From assembly GCA_040954595.2 (NCBI GenBank), contig CM082585.2, forward strand, positions 8,075,304 through 8,139,303: DNA of 64,000 bases. Reading direction: 5' to 3'. The notes under the pieces are model-generated. The model ran no database searches. It worked only from the letters and a program-made list of their open reading frames with translations, and had not been told where the DNA came from. Source of the DNA: Balanoglossus misakiensis. Taxonomy: Eukaryota > Animalia > Hemichordata. Each line of letters starts with the position of its first letter. The stretch's first letter is position 1. This document shows positions 1 to 38,413 of the stretch, piece after piece. A program made the translations under genes and the position numbers.

Positions 1-865
1 AAAGTACCGTGTGTGTACTCACTGTCTGGAGTAGTTTAGTCCCGATGTTCGAACGGTTATAAATAGAAGCCATGTAACTCGCCCAAGGTTATCTGTTTTG
101 TTTGGGTTTCTTTTTCTGTCTCTCTTGGATAAAACAGAAATTTTGTTATAGTCAAAATTTTAAATGAGATTGTTCATATTAAGACAAAACTACCATTAAT
201 TTAGCTCGCATCTCATTCATTTTATACATATAAAATGCCTGGTTCCCTTGTACAGATACGTCAATCATTAAGGAATAAATACATCTGTTAGATTCATCAC
301 ATGTGTATGTATCAATACAGATCAGAATGGGAGCAAAGTGTAATTGACATCATTTTTGACGATAGTGAGTGACGCATCAGCGAAGAAAGGGGCAATTTAT
401 TAAGATAGACTGGTGGTTTTTAAAGGTGGCAAATGCATTACACTGACACACTTGAAAACCTTCACTCTGAACTGATGGAAGTGTTGGCCAGAATTTGCAA
501 GTGTTTGGTTTCGGTGATGATTAATCGTCAAATCTGTAAAAACACGCACCGCAAAAAAACAATAGTATTAGAGTACGTTCAAGGACACCGTCCTAGTCAT
601 TTCCTGCATTCACACAACTTTGATACAAGAATATCTTGTGGATTTATCCTTTGTCCTGTTGCCATGGTAGCCATTACTGGTATGCATTGCTCCGAACAGC
701 AACATCATTGTTCAGGTTTTCATCCGAGCGACAGGAGTCGTTCAGTTTACGTGCGTAAGCAGCGGCAACTACGCTCGCGTGAAACTGGGTCTCAACAAAA
801 AATCATCTTTCTGGCGGTTGTGTGCCTCATACAAGCATAACTGTGTGTTGTGTTTTTCTCGGCAG

Positions 866-28502
<27,637 letters not shown>

Positions 28503-31209
28503 AAGAAGTTAGTTTAGAACACAGACCTGATGATGTTATATATGCTTAACAGTGTCTCCTGTCCTTTTTGAGCCTATCACAGCGATCTGGTCTTTATAAA
28601 TTTGTTTTCTTCTTCATTACCCTGGATATGATAGCCCAATTTTGTATCTAGCAATCATTTAAAGAAATTACGAATACTATGCATTTCACAGGTCTGTGTT
28701 TTTTATGACACGAATTTCAATCGAAAAAATGTTTGTGACCGAAGGCTTCCAACCACATTCCATGGATGTAGTGTGTTTAGTTTGAAGAGAAAAAGAAAGC
28801 CAAGGAACGCAGGCCCTCTGGTGGTTAGATGGTGCAGTTTCAGATTCTTGTAGAGCTGTGATTGGACTGGAGGAGTGTAGCTTGCCCTCTGTGGACAGGT
28901 TTGTGTCTGAACAGAACTGTAAAAAGCATCAATTTTTCTCGGAAGAAAAAGAAAGACCAAAAACGGAAGAAAACAGGTATTTGTGTGTTTATGGAATGTG
29001 AACAGGCAAAGTTGTAATATTGTCGGAAAAGTTGGTTTTATATGGGTCATAGCCATGTCTTATTGTAATTTACTGAAAATGTATCGACATGGCCGTGTAG
29101 AGAAAGTATTAACAGAACAGAAAGATTTATAGGCAGTTGGATGTGTGATGATTACACCGTTAATTATTTTAACAAGTCATGAGACAAATTAGTGATTTCT
29201 TTTTCTCGCAGCCGTGTATTCTTTCTGCTGTCAGTGTTTCCATGGTGATTAACTAACCAATGGCAGCGACCGACAGCTTATTTCATGATGTAATTGATTA
29301 TACAGGAATTTTTTTAGAAAATAATCATAGCCTTTATGCAACGTGCTATTGTACTCTGTGTATCACCATGTTGAATTTGTAATGTCGACAGAAAAGGTCA
29401 GAGTTCAAGACAGGTAATTTTTTGTCGATATGTAAGACTTTAGTTTATACAACAATACTCTTTTCATATTGTAGATTTTGGCGAGCATAGCCAATGATGT
29501 CAAATATTTTTAAAATTCATACTTCCTGAAGTTTGCCAGCATCAATTTGCACAGACAGCCAGAGTCAATAGTGCAGTTGTTCACATTGGGAAACCGAAAG
29601 ATTTTTCTTGTAGACAACAAAACGACAAAGAATTTCTAGGCCTAGGTGGGGGGTATGATCAATTTCAAGACATTTCAAGGGGGAAAAAAGCTCATTTCTG
29701 TTTTATTTGTGAAAACTGCACTGCCTCTAGCATGTTCTTGTGCTCTATCACCCCCGTGTTGCAGTGCAGAAAATCCCTTTGGATTACTTGCACCTCTGGG
29801 TGTGAGGTTGATACCATTTACTATGGAGGGGGGGGGGGGGTTACTGCTACTTATTGCAGTGCAGCCTGTATCTCACCCCCACAGTCAAACAAGAAAATAT
29901 CACATTATCACAAATTTTAATTTCTTTAAGTTATCTGTTTTTTTCAAAGTAGACCGGTGCTGTAGATTTAGTGGTTGGTTTTAAAGTGTATTTTCTTCTG
30001 GAGATAATTGCTGATTGCCTTTTTTGATGAAAAACCTGACTTTGTTGGGTTTTTTTCGCACTTTCTGTTGTTCTGTTAATCACAAGCAGTTGCAGTGAGC
30101 TGTATTTTTTGTGTGTATGCACATGTAATCTGTAGGTTGGAAAGGTGGAGATTTTTAACAAGAAAATACTAAAAAAACGGACTCCATCCTCCGTGATACT
30201 TTTGGGGGGGATCAGACGTAATCAATGAGTCGATACAAATCTGGGTGGTTAAAATATTTAAATATTTACTTTAAGAAAGAATAGCATTTTAATTTCCAGT
30301 TTTTATTTTAAAAACAACCCCGACATTATCATGCATTTCAGTAATTTTGAAGAGAAAGAATGTTTTGAAAATTTTGTGGACATTATATAGAAAGTTCAAA
30401 CCCGTCTGCAGCCAAGCAAATAATACAAAATTCGACATTGTCGCTGTGTGCGCATATTTCAGTATTGACTTCTGACTAGGTTGTGTTCATAGATTTTAAA
30501 TTATGATTTTTGAGAAAGGAAGGCTTTAGCACAGAGAAATACTCATCCGAAACCCTGAAGACGGACAAGCGGACTAGGGGATGGACGATTTTGATGTGTG
30601 TTAATAAGTTTAGCATGACAACTGCAGGTCGTAGTTGAATATTGTAAGGTAAGAGATATATATAATGTACTCACTTCATGTGCCATGATCATGGAATAGA
30701 GTAAAGGAATATGTAAATTAGATTGCTTTAGTGTCATGGGACCCTGAGAGAGAGAAAAAAAAGATTTGCTACCAAATATCGAAAACCAGCATTGTTACAG
30801 GCCAGTCAACAATGAGCGTTATCGTTTCACACCCCTTTTCCTCTTTTGGGCGAGTCCAAGTATGGTGTCGGCAACAGTTGGCTCGTACCATGTCTGAGTG
30901 GTCGAAGGGGTACATAAAGAGTGCACAAACAGTGCCCTGGCTTTAGCTAATCCTGAAAAAAAAATGTTGGGTTTTGCATATTTGTACGCAATGGACAATA
31001 TTTTCCTCTTGTAAAAGGTAATTTAGGGAGTTGATTTTTTGTCTAGTACTGGAGCATGTACTAAATGAGGGTTTTCAATATTCGGACCCAGTTTGGTGTC
31101 GTCGAAAAACGCTGCCAAACGGCAAACTGGGTCGCAAACGTGTCACTTCTGTCAATAATCTTGGTGTACCAAACATGTAGCCTGCTAGCTACACTCTAGT
31201 TACAATGTT

Positions 31210-31449
31210 AATAAAATTACCCATTCTTAACAATCACTGCGTCTTTCTGGTATGGAGTTTAAAGTGTAAAGGGGATAGGGATAATTTGAAAACGCACATG
31301 ACAAACACAGTTGCATGTACTGAAAAAATAAACCAAATGTTAGATCTAATGGGCGTTTAGTATAGCTGGATAGTGTTACATGTGGATGTGCCTTCACATG
31401 GGGCAAAAAACGTCTTGAGTCACGGAATATGTAAACTTCATGTTTTATT
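31210..31449. terminator. Candidate convergent poly(A) signals of CASK (+) and phr (-)
   Basis: AATAAA on + at 31210-31215 and 31327-31332; AATAAA on - (TTTATT) at 31444-31449. Confidence 0.45.
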
Positions 31450-31859
31450 CTCATACAACTTCTATAGAGGTACATCAAATACAAACAAAAGAATCATGGA
31501 TAATCTCGTATGACTGTACTATGTAAGAACTGTTAAGACAAAAGTGGCAGTTTTTTTTATCAAAGTCTCTTGAAATGCCATTGAAATGTACTCTCAGTCG
31601 ATTTGCAAGTTGTCAGACTCTGAATTCCCTGAATTATTCCATTGAAGTGTCAATATAAGTTGTCTTTCAGAATTCTCCAACGTTCTCCTACGATCAGCTG
31701 TTTTTCTAGTTGCAGAAACATGTTGAAGCCTTGGTTATCCGGAAAAGAACAGAGTACAGTATATTTTGCACAAGGAACATAGTGTGTTCGAAACCTCACT
31801 AAGGAAAGCAGCACTAATGTATGCAGAAGAAGAAAAGGCATTGTGAGTTTGGTCCCGTC

Positions 31860-34509
31860 TTAGTATTTCTTGGCTCCGTATTTCCGGACAAATGCTGCCA
31901 CGTCGAACTTCCTCTTGCAACCCTGGTAGTTCATGAAGCGGATCTTGCCAAAGACTGCCCTCTCTGCCCAGCCTTGGTCGTGAATTCCACAGATGGACCA
32001 CATGCAGCCTGTTCAGTGCGAATCAAAATGTTAGAAAATGATCTAGCATGGTAGCTGGTTAACTCGGTCGTTGGTTTGTTCTTCAAATTGTAAAATGCCA
32101 ATTAATTGGACACATTGTCTTCAAGACATTCCTGAAGAAAACAGCCAACAGATTTTTTTTACTCACCAACATAACCATTGGGATCTCTCCCGTCCAGTTG
32201 ATATTTGTCGTTAAGATAGATGGCAAACTCCAGAGCTTGTTCAGGCGATTCTGTCCATTCTAGTATCTTCTTGGCCCAATACATCCGTAAAAATCCATGC
32301 ATTTTCCCCTCATTGACCATTTGTATCTGAAAAATATGAAAGCAAAACCTTGTAATTTTGTTGTCTGAATTTTGTCAGGGTTCAAACTTCATGCATTTTA
32401 CAAATTTCACTTCATATAATAGACAAACAAAGCAGTCACTTATCAACTGTAGTCAATGTACCTGCGCTGCATTCCACAGATCATCGTGTGTCTTGGCATG
32501 TTCTAGTTTCTCTCGGCTGTACACATACTCCCTTTTGTCCTTGGAATGAACTTCAAGTGTCTTTTTGGCCCATTCATAGGCACCTGTGGAGAAACATGAT
32601 GAAATACTGGTCATTTCTTGAGGTGCTGTTGCCTTGTTGCCTGACACCAGTGTTAGTTTTGGCGGGCAGTGATGAGGGGTCCGTTTGAAGGCAGTTCTTA
32701 TTTGAATTCACCTAATGTCTCCTGCATTGTTACATGTGCAAGTACTTGCCTTCCACAGAATCGTACTTCTTGTTGTAAAAACAGAAATTGTCCGACAGTT
32801 CTCGTCTTATGATGCCTTCTTCGATGTAGCCTTCTACAGAGTCTTTGTATTTGCTCTTGTAACCTTTGACCTCTAAGATTGCTCGCTGTACAGATACTTG
32901 ACCTGGAAAGAGAAACAACAGCTATAAACCAACTGGTGAACTTGAAGATTTATTACTCAGCAAAAATAGAACTATGGTAGTGAATAATATACAACATGAC
33001 AACAGAAATGGAAAATACGTTTTTTTATCAAATCCAAACTTACCAAAGTGAAACCATGGCGACATGTTACTGAGTGCACCTTTATTGGGGTTATTCCTGT
33101 CTGCATTAAAGTACTTCAAGCGATGTTTGCAGAACGACTCCAGCATTCGGAGTCCGGCTGTGGTTCCGGGATTGGCCCAGTCGACTTCCGGAACTGTGCG
33201 ATCGATGTCCAAGCCAGCTTTGGCCGCACCCCAATCTGTTGGCTATAGAGGATGATTCAGTTGAGTTTTTGTACCATCATGGTTTGGTCGAATGCATTGT
33301 TATATACAGAACATTGGTCTCTACTCACTTCTGATTTTGTCTTAGTTTTGTGAGGGTGAACGCACACGGCAGGAAACTGTGTCAGGAACGACGACAGCTG
33401 GTTGTGGATCTTGTTACGGATGGTACGAGCACTGTACTCCTGTTTGGGCGACGCCTCCCAGCACGGAACTATGTTGTGCGCGTCAATCTACAGACAAACA
33501 AAAATAAGAATGAAGCATAGCCAACTAAAGAACTGACTGACAGGTTTCCATGGTTCCAAGGTTTGAAAATTGGACTGATTCCTTTTTTCCCCTCAGATGC
33601 TGTCGCAGCCAGTGCCAGTGCCGGGCAATTTTGTGTACCAATAGATATTGCCGCAGAAACGCCCAAATACTGACCTGACAAAATGGCACGTTATCAGGCA
33701 AGTTCTTGGCTGTGTCCATCACCCATTTCAGTGGTGTTCGTAACGGTGAAAAATCAGTGACAACACCGCCGATGTCGTGCAATTTCACAAACTCTGGAAG
33801 GACGTCGCTTGCATAGCCAATCAGTAAATGGAAACTTATGTCGAGATCCTTCAATTCCTATAAAATTAACAAAGAAAAAATAATTAGGCTTTGAAATACC
33901 AATTTGAACAAGTCTGTCACCAAGTGTATGTAAGGTTTTTGCAATCTCCTCAGTTTCGCAAACAATGTCTTTAACTTACATTTTCAACCTCCTGAAGTCC
34001 TTTCAACATGAAGCCATACTGTCTGATGGTCGCCTCCAGAAATTTCGGAACGAGACAGAAGCAGACGTGAAGAGGGACCTTCTCCTTTAAAGCCAGTCTC
34101 TGGGCATAGAGTAACGCCCAGTTATCTGTAACAGAAAATGCTCACTATTAAAGAAAATGAAATCAGCTGAAATCAGATTGCATGGCGTTGTAACATTTGT
34201 AGAAAGTTTCCTAAGTATATTGGACTTTCTACCACTGTATTTCTTATACAACAGTTGCAATCTCCATCACTTTCAATATTCCGTACCTTGGACACGTTGG
34301 TCTCTAGACATCCAATACACGATACCCCCGTTCTTCTCAGGCATCTGGCCGACGTCGCTCAGCATCCGCACTCTTTTCTTGTTGAAGCGGAAATCGCTCA
34401 CGCATGCTGCGGTCGCCGTCCGTTTGGCGTTGACTTTGTCGATGAAGTCATCACTGTCCGCTTTGACACCATTTTCTGTTTTGACTTTTTTCTTCGGTGG
34501 TTCTGCCAT
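31860..34509 (-). CDS. phr: Class II CPD (deoxyribodipyrimidine) photolyase, 9 exons, 497 aa from Met at 34509 (531 aa if ATG at 34611 is used)
   Basis: Minus-strand exons 34509-34287, 34125-33980, 33857-33675, 33487-33329, 33242-33044, 32902-32750, 32583-32462, 32326-32167, 32008-31860; 1494 nt in frame. Class II motifs: [111 protein letters not shown]. Confidence 0.96.
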
Positions 34510-34844
34510 GCTGCTGTTTGCCCAGTACCTCTTCACCAACAGATGTACACACCACTGACGTGGTACTATCAATCTGATGACACGGTCTATGTTTGTACCG
34601 ACAGTCTGCATTCAAGGGACAAAATAGATGGATTGTATGAGTTTGAAAACATTTATTTATCTGTACTATCCAAGTATTTACACATATGCAACATTCATTG
34701 CCCAGTGGAGGGCATTGTGCTATACTCCGCAGCGCCCTCATTGGGCAAGGAAGGGTCTAACTTCACTGTCATGTCTACCTCCTCTTTTGATATGCATCTT
34801 TGGTCGTTGAGGGCGTTTTTCAATCCCACTATCCCTTTTGTTTA

Positions 34845-34867
34845 CACGTGAAGGTGGATTACGTAAC
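34845..34867. promoter_or_regulatory. E-box (CACGTG) + D-box (ATTACGTAAC) module upstream of photolyase
   Basis: CACGTG at 34845-34850 and an exact PAR-bZIP consensus RTTAYGTAAY at 34858-34867, 7 bp apart, ~0.25-0.35 kb upstream of the phr start codons; function is inferred. Confidence 0.6.
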
Positions 34868-36340
34868 CACGGTAATGACTGACGCGGATGTTGACAACAT
34901 CGGCCTTTTACATGCGAGTATATTGTAATCGGCTCAGCAATTCTGCTCGCAGGGGGCTTACAAAGTCACTACGACACCCCGACCACATGATGCAGATACA
35001 GATCTAGACAGTCCCTTCACATGCTTCATCATCATGTTGATGGAAGTTCTGACCATTGCAAATAAATATTCAATCATGCTGCAGAACGCTGACATTGACA
35101 ATGATAAGTCGAATACCGCATGAGTGAATACAAGGCGAGTCACCATATGTATGCTGTGAACCAGCGCCAAGCTGGATTGCATTAAGATGTATCTTTCAAG
35201 CCCAAGTCAATGTTACAAATATATGCAAGCATACTCACCCTACCCAATCACACCCGTACGTGCACTGCACGACATCCGATCGTTGAGTGAATTGAACGTT
35301 TCGTAACAACTTCCGACGTAATCCGAGAGCATCCGAAAGAAACTTGGCCTCGATCATATCATGGAGCTGGCCGGGGAGGTACCAAAGATGATAGTAGCTC
35401 CACGGCCTGCCTGATGCACCTTTGAGTGTCTGTGCTGTATGCAGAAAGGATGCCGCAAAAATAATCTCGATCCGGGGCTATTTAATTCGCAATGGCACGT
35501 TTATTGGGGGGTGGGGGGAACTGTTTTACGTAATGAAAGCCCATGAACCTTGCAAGGTAGTGACAGTGTCACACTGAAATGTACAGTGAAACGAACATGT
35601 GCGGGCGCCCCTACCGAGCCGAGCGCCCTCACGCGGTTGACATGTACTTGCCTGCAAGAGCGGCTGTTATGGGGGCTGAGGCAAGGATCGGAGAAGTTGT
35701 GGTGCTTGGCGCGTAGATGATGAGAGTACAGGAAGATACTGTGCAGAGAAAGTTGTGCATAAGCCATGGGAAAGGTAATCACGCATATGTAGCTACAATA
35801 GTTGTACCCGGGGCCATTTGCCACGCTCGAGGTCCCTCCATCACAGCGCAGGCTGCCATATGCCTCGCGTTAATGCTGCGGATCCGTAGCCCTACCATTG
35901 TACAAATCCATTGACTAGTGTGTGTTGAGGAGTGGAACAAATTGTATATGGTTGGTATATAGTAACTTCAATAAGGTTACACTATTATGGTATCCCTGCA
36001 TACAGGTCCGTACGTGTGTACAATCACCAGTCCCCCTCTTGGTTGATACCATTATTTTTTGGAGTGGTAGCATCCCCAATGGATATGTGCAATAAGCTCA
36101 GTAATCTTAATACAATTGTATGCTTAATTTTGATATAAATAATTATCATTCACCAGAAGAACGAGAGGTATTAAGTTCTGTTCTTGTATCTTGATTGTTT
36201 ACAGGTTGCCTAAGAACGTGAGATATGAAGAAACCAAGCTGCACAGATATTACTGTGGATTTGTTTGCCAAGTTGGATACTTTGCTCACCCCTGGATGTG
36301 CACCAGAATTGACATTCACAGTAGCTGATGCCTGGTGTTG

Positions 36341-37396
36341 ATGACAATGTCACATCCCAAACAGGGACTGGTTTTCGTGATAATTGCACTTGCTGTGGTC
36401 ACGTTTGTGTGCTGGAACTTGATGCCGTACGGACGAGTGGTGAAGCACGGATACCAGAAGTTTGCGCCCAAAGCTGGCAGTCATAGCATGGGTGCGCCAA
36501 CCGGGAAAGGGATGTCGGATGCAAACGCTTCCCGGACAAGACACATCCCTCAGGCCATCATCGCCGGGATCAAGAAATGCGGAACCGGGGCGCTGCGTTC
36601 ATTCCTGAATTTCCATCCGTCGGTGGTTGCCGCAAAGTCGGAAGTCCATTACTTCGACCGCCATTATTCCGACGGAATGAACTGGTATCTGGATCAGATG
36701 CCGGAGGCCAGGGACGACCAGATGACCGTCGAGAAAACACCGAGATACTTTGTAGAGACTGAAGTGCCCGGAAAAATATACCGGGAGTTTTCACCGAAAA
36801 CCAAGATCGTACTCATTGCGTGTGAGCCTGTACGCCGTGCTGTATCAGACTATGTCCACACAGACGAAAAAGTCATCTTCGCGAAAGAGTTTTTACGGAC
36901 AGGCAACAGTAGTTCGCCAGAATATCAAAAGCAAAAAGACAGACTTGAGCGATATCCACGAGAAGGTTACGTTCTAAATGACTCTTTTGAGTCAACAGTT
37001 CTGGACAAACAGGGAAATGTTAACGAAAGTACCCCAGTGGTGTACACTGGTCTCTATGTCAAGTATTTGCGCAACTGGTTACAGTTTTTCCCTCGGTCAC
37101 AGATTCATGTGGTCGATGGAGAAAACTTCAAAACCGATCCAGCCACAGAGATGGCAAAATTACAGACTTTTCTCGGTCTTGAACCATTCTTCTATGAAGA
37201 TAAATTTTTGTTTGATCGAGACAAGGGATTTTTCTGTTTCATGAGCCCAAAGAAACGTTGCCTTGGTAAATCAAAAGGCCACACCCATCCAGAAGTTGAT
37301 GGCAATGTCTTTGAGATTTTAACCAAATATTATGAACCATATAATGAAGAATTCAGTCAGGTTTTAAATCAATCATTTGTTTGGACCAAATCATGA
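36341..37396 (+). CDS. Heparan sulfate glucosamine 3-O-sulfotransferase-like (HS3ST family) type II Golgi sulfotransferase, 351 aa, single coding exon
   Basis: N-terminal TM anchor (LVFVIIALAVVTFVCW); 5'-PSB loop IPQAIIAGIKKCGT; EVHYFD; EKTPRYF; 3'-PB region CEPVRRAVSDY; C-terminal KGFFC..RCLGKSKGHTHP. Splice acceptor at 36203-36204 implies an upstream non-coding exon; AATAAA at 37564-37569. Paralog number cannot be assigned. Confidence 0.9.
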   Translation: MTMSHPKQGLVFVIIALAVVTFVCWNLMPYGRVVKHGYQKFAPKAGSHSMGAPTGKGMSDANASRTRHIPQAIIAGIKKCGTGALRSFLNFHPSVVAAKSEVHYFDRHYSDGMNWYLDQMPEARDDQMTVEKTPRYFVETEVPGKIYREFSPKTKIVLIACEPVRRAVSDYVHTDEKVIFAKEFLRTGNSSSPEYQKQKDRLERYPREGYVLNDSFESTVLDKQGNVNESTPVVYTGLYVKYLRNWLQFFPRSQIHVVDGENFKTDPATEMAKLQTFLGLEPFFYEDKFLFDRDKGFFCFMSPKKRCLGKSKGHTHPEVDGNVFEILTKYYEPYNEEFSQVLNQSFVWTKS

Positions 37397-37684
37397 ACTG
37401 TAACTCACTTTATATATTTTACATCGTTTTATTTTGTGAATTTCAAAGTAGACTTTGTAAAGGATGTTGAGTCATCGAACACCAAGATTTTTTATACCAT
37501 TTTCATATGTATATATTTTATCTGGTGTTTCTGATCACATTTTGTGGATTAAGAGAGTTTATAAATAAATAATTTATTATCATTTATAAAGAATGCTCCA
37601 TGACACGTTATTGTTCACACCATTTGGGAAGCGGTCGCCCTAAAAATATTGGTATCAACCACTACACGTACACATGAACAAGAT

Positions 37685-37812
37685 ACCAAATCTGAAACTG
37701 AAGCCGAATCCGAGATGGCTGCCTCCATGTACACACGAAACAGACACCAAATCCGAAACTGAGGCCGAATCCGAGACTAATGTCAGCACCGCCAAGATGG
37801 CTGCCCCCATGT
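37685..37812 (+). repeat. Short imperfect direct duplication containing YY1-like AGATGGCTGCC motifs
   Basis: ACCAAATCTGAAACTGAAGCCGAATCCGAGA (37685) and ACCAAATCCGAAACTGAGGCCGAATCCGAGA (37746), each followed by AGATGGCTGCC(T/C)CCATGT. Confidence 0.75.
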
Positions 37813-38413
37813 AATTGTTGTCGTCCGCTAATCCCCGTCAGTTTTTCTCAAATATTCACTGTTCAAGACATTAGCCGACATATTGAAGTTAACAGAAGGC
37901 AGGTTTGTATACAGATAATTCATTCTTTGTGCGCTGTCTGCATGGAAATACCTCGTACATGATAATAAACTAATAACTCGGGACGATCGGAAAGGGGGGG
38001 GGCGTGGTGCATGTTTCCGTATGTCCTAATGTAGCTGCATGCAGAAGGGGTTGGGGTTGCAGACAGCAACATTCAATAGGAGCAGCTCATGTTTCCAGGT
38101 CTGACCTACAATTTCTCAATAGTGATGTGTTTTTTGGTATGATGTTGTTGAGCGTGGAGATTTAGTCCCTTAGTCCGTTTTCGGTCTTACCACGATATAC
38201 TAGGTAGTTGCAGTTCAGTAGCTCGAGGTTTTGCAGTGGTTTGTGTGTTAGACGGCAAAACACACAAACCAACGTAAATGTCGAGCTATTGAACTGCAGC
38301 TACGATCAAGGTAGCCATGCACCTTGCATGTATACAAGTCAAAAGTTCAAATCCTTGATAGGATTACCATCTTGTGTCTTTATAGTGAAATGTGTTAATA
38401 CTGCTCAATAAAC

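Noticed and set aside
433-865. ORF 433-840 and the open frame upstream of CASK exon 866
   Set aside because: No recognisable homology, no in-frame ATG after the stop at 668-670, and a good acceptor exists at 865.
34157-34851. Plus-strand ORFs of 133 and 198 aa
   Set aside because: Antisense shadows of photolyase exon 1; no motifs.
35280-35900. Possible ncRNA/tRNA in GC-rich intergenic patch
   Set aside because: No A/B boxes, cloverleaf or recognisable snRNA motif seen.
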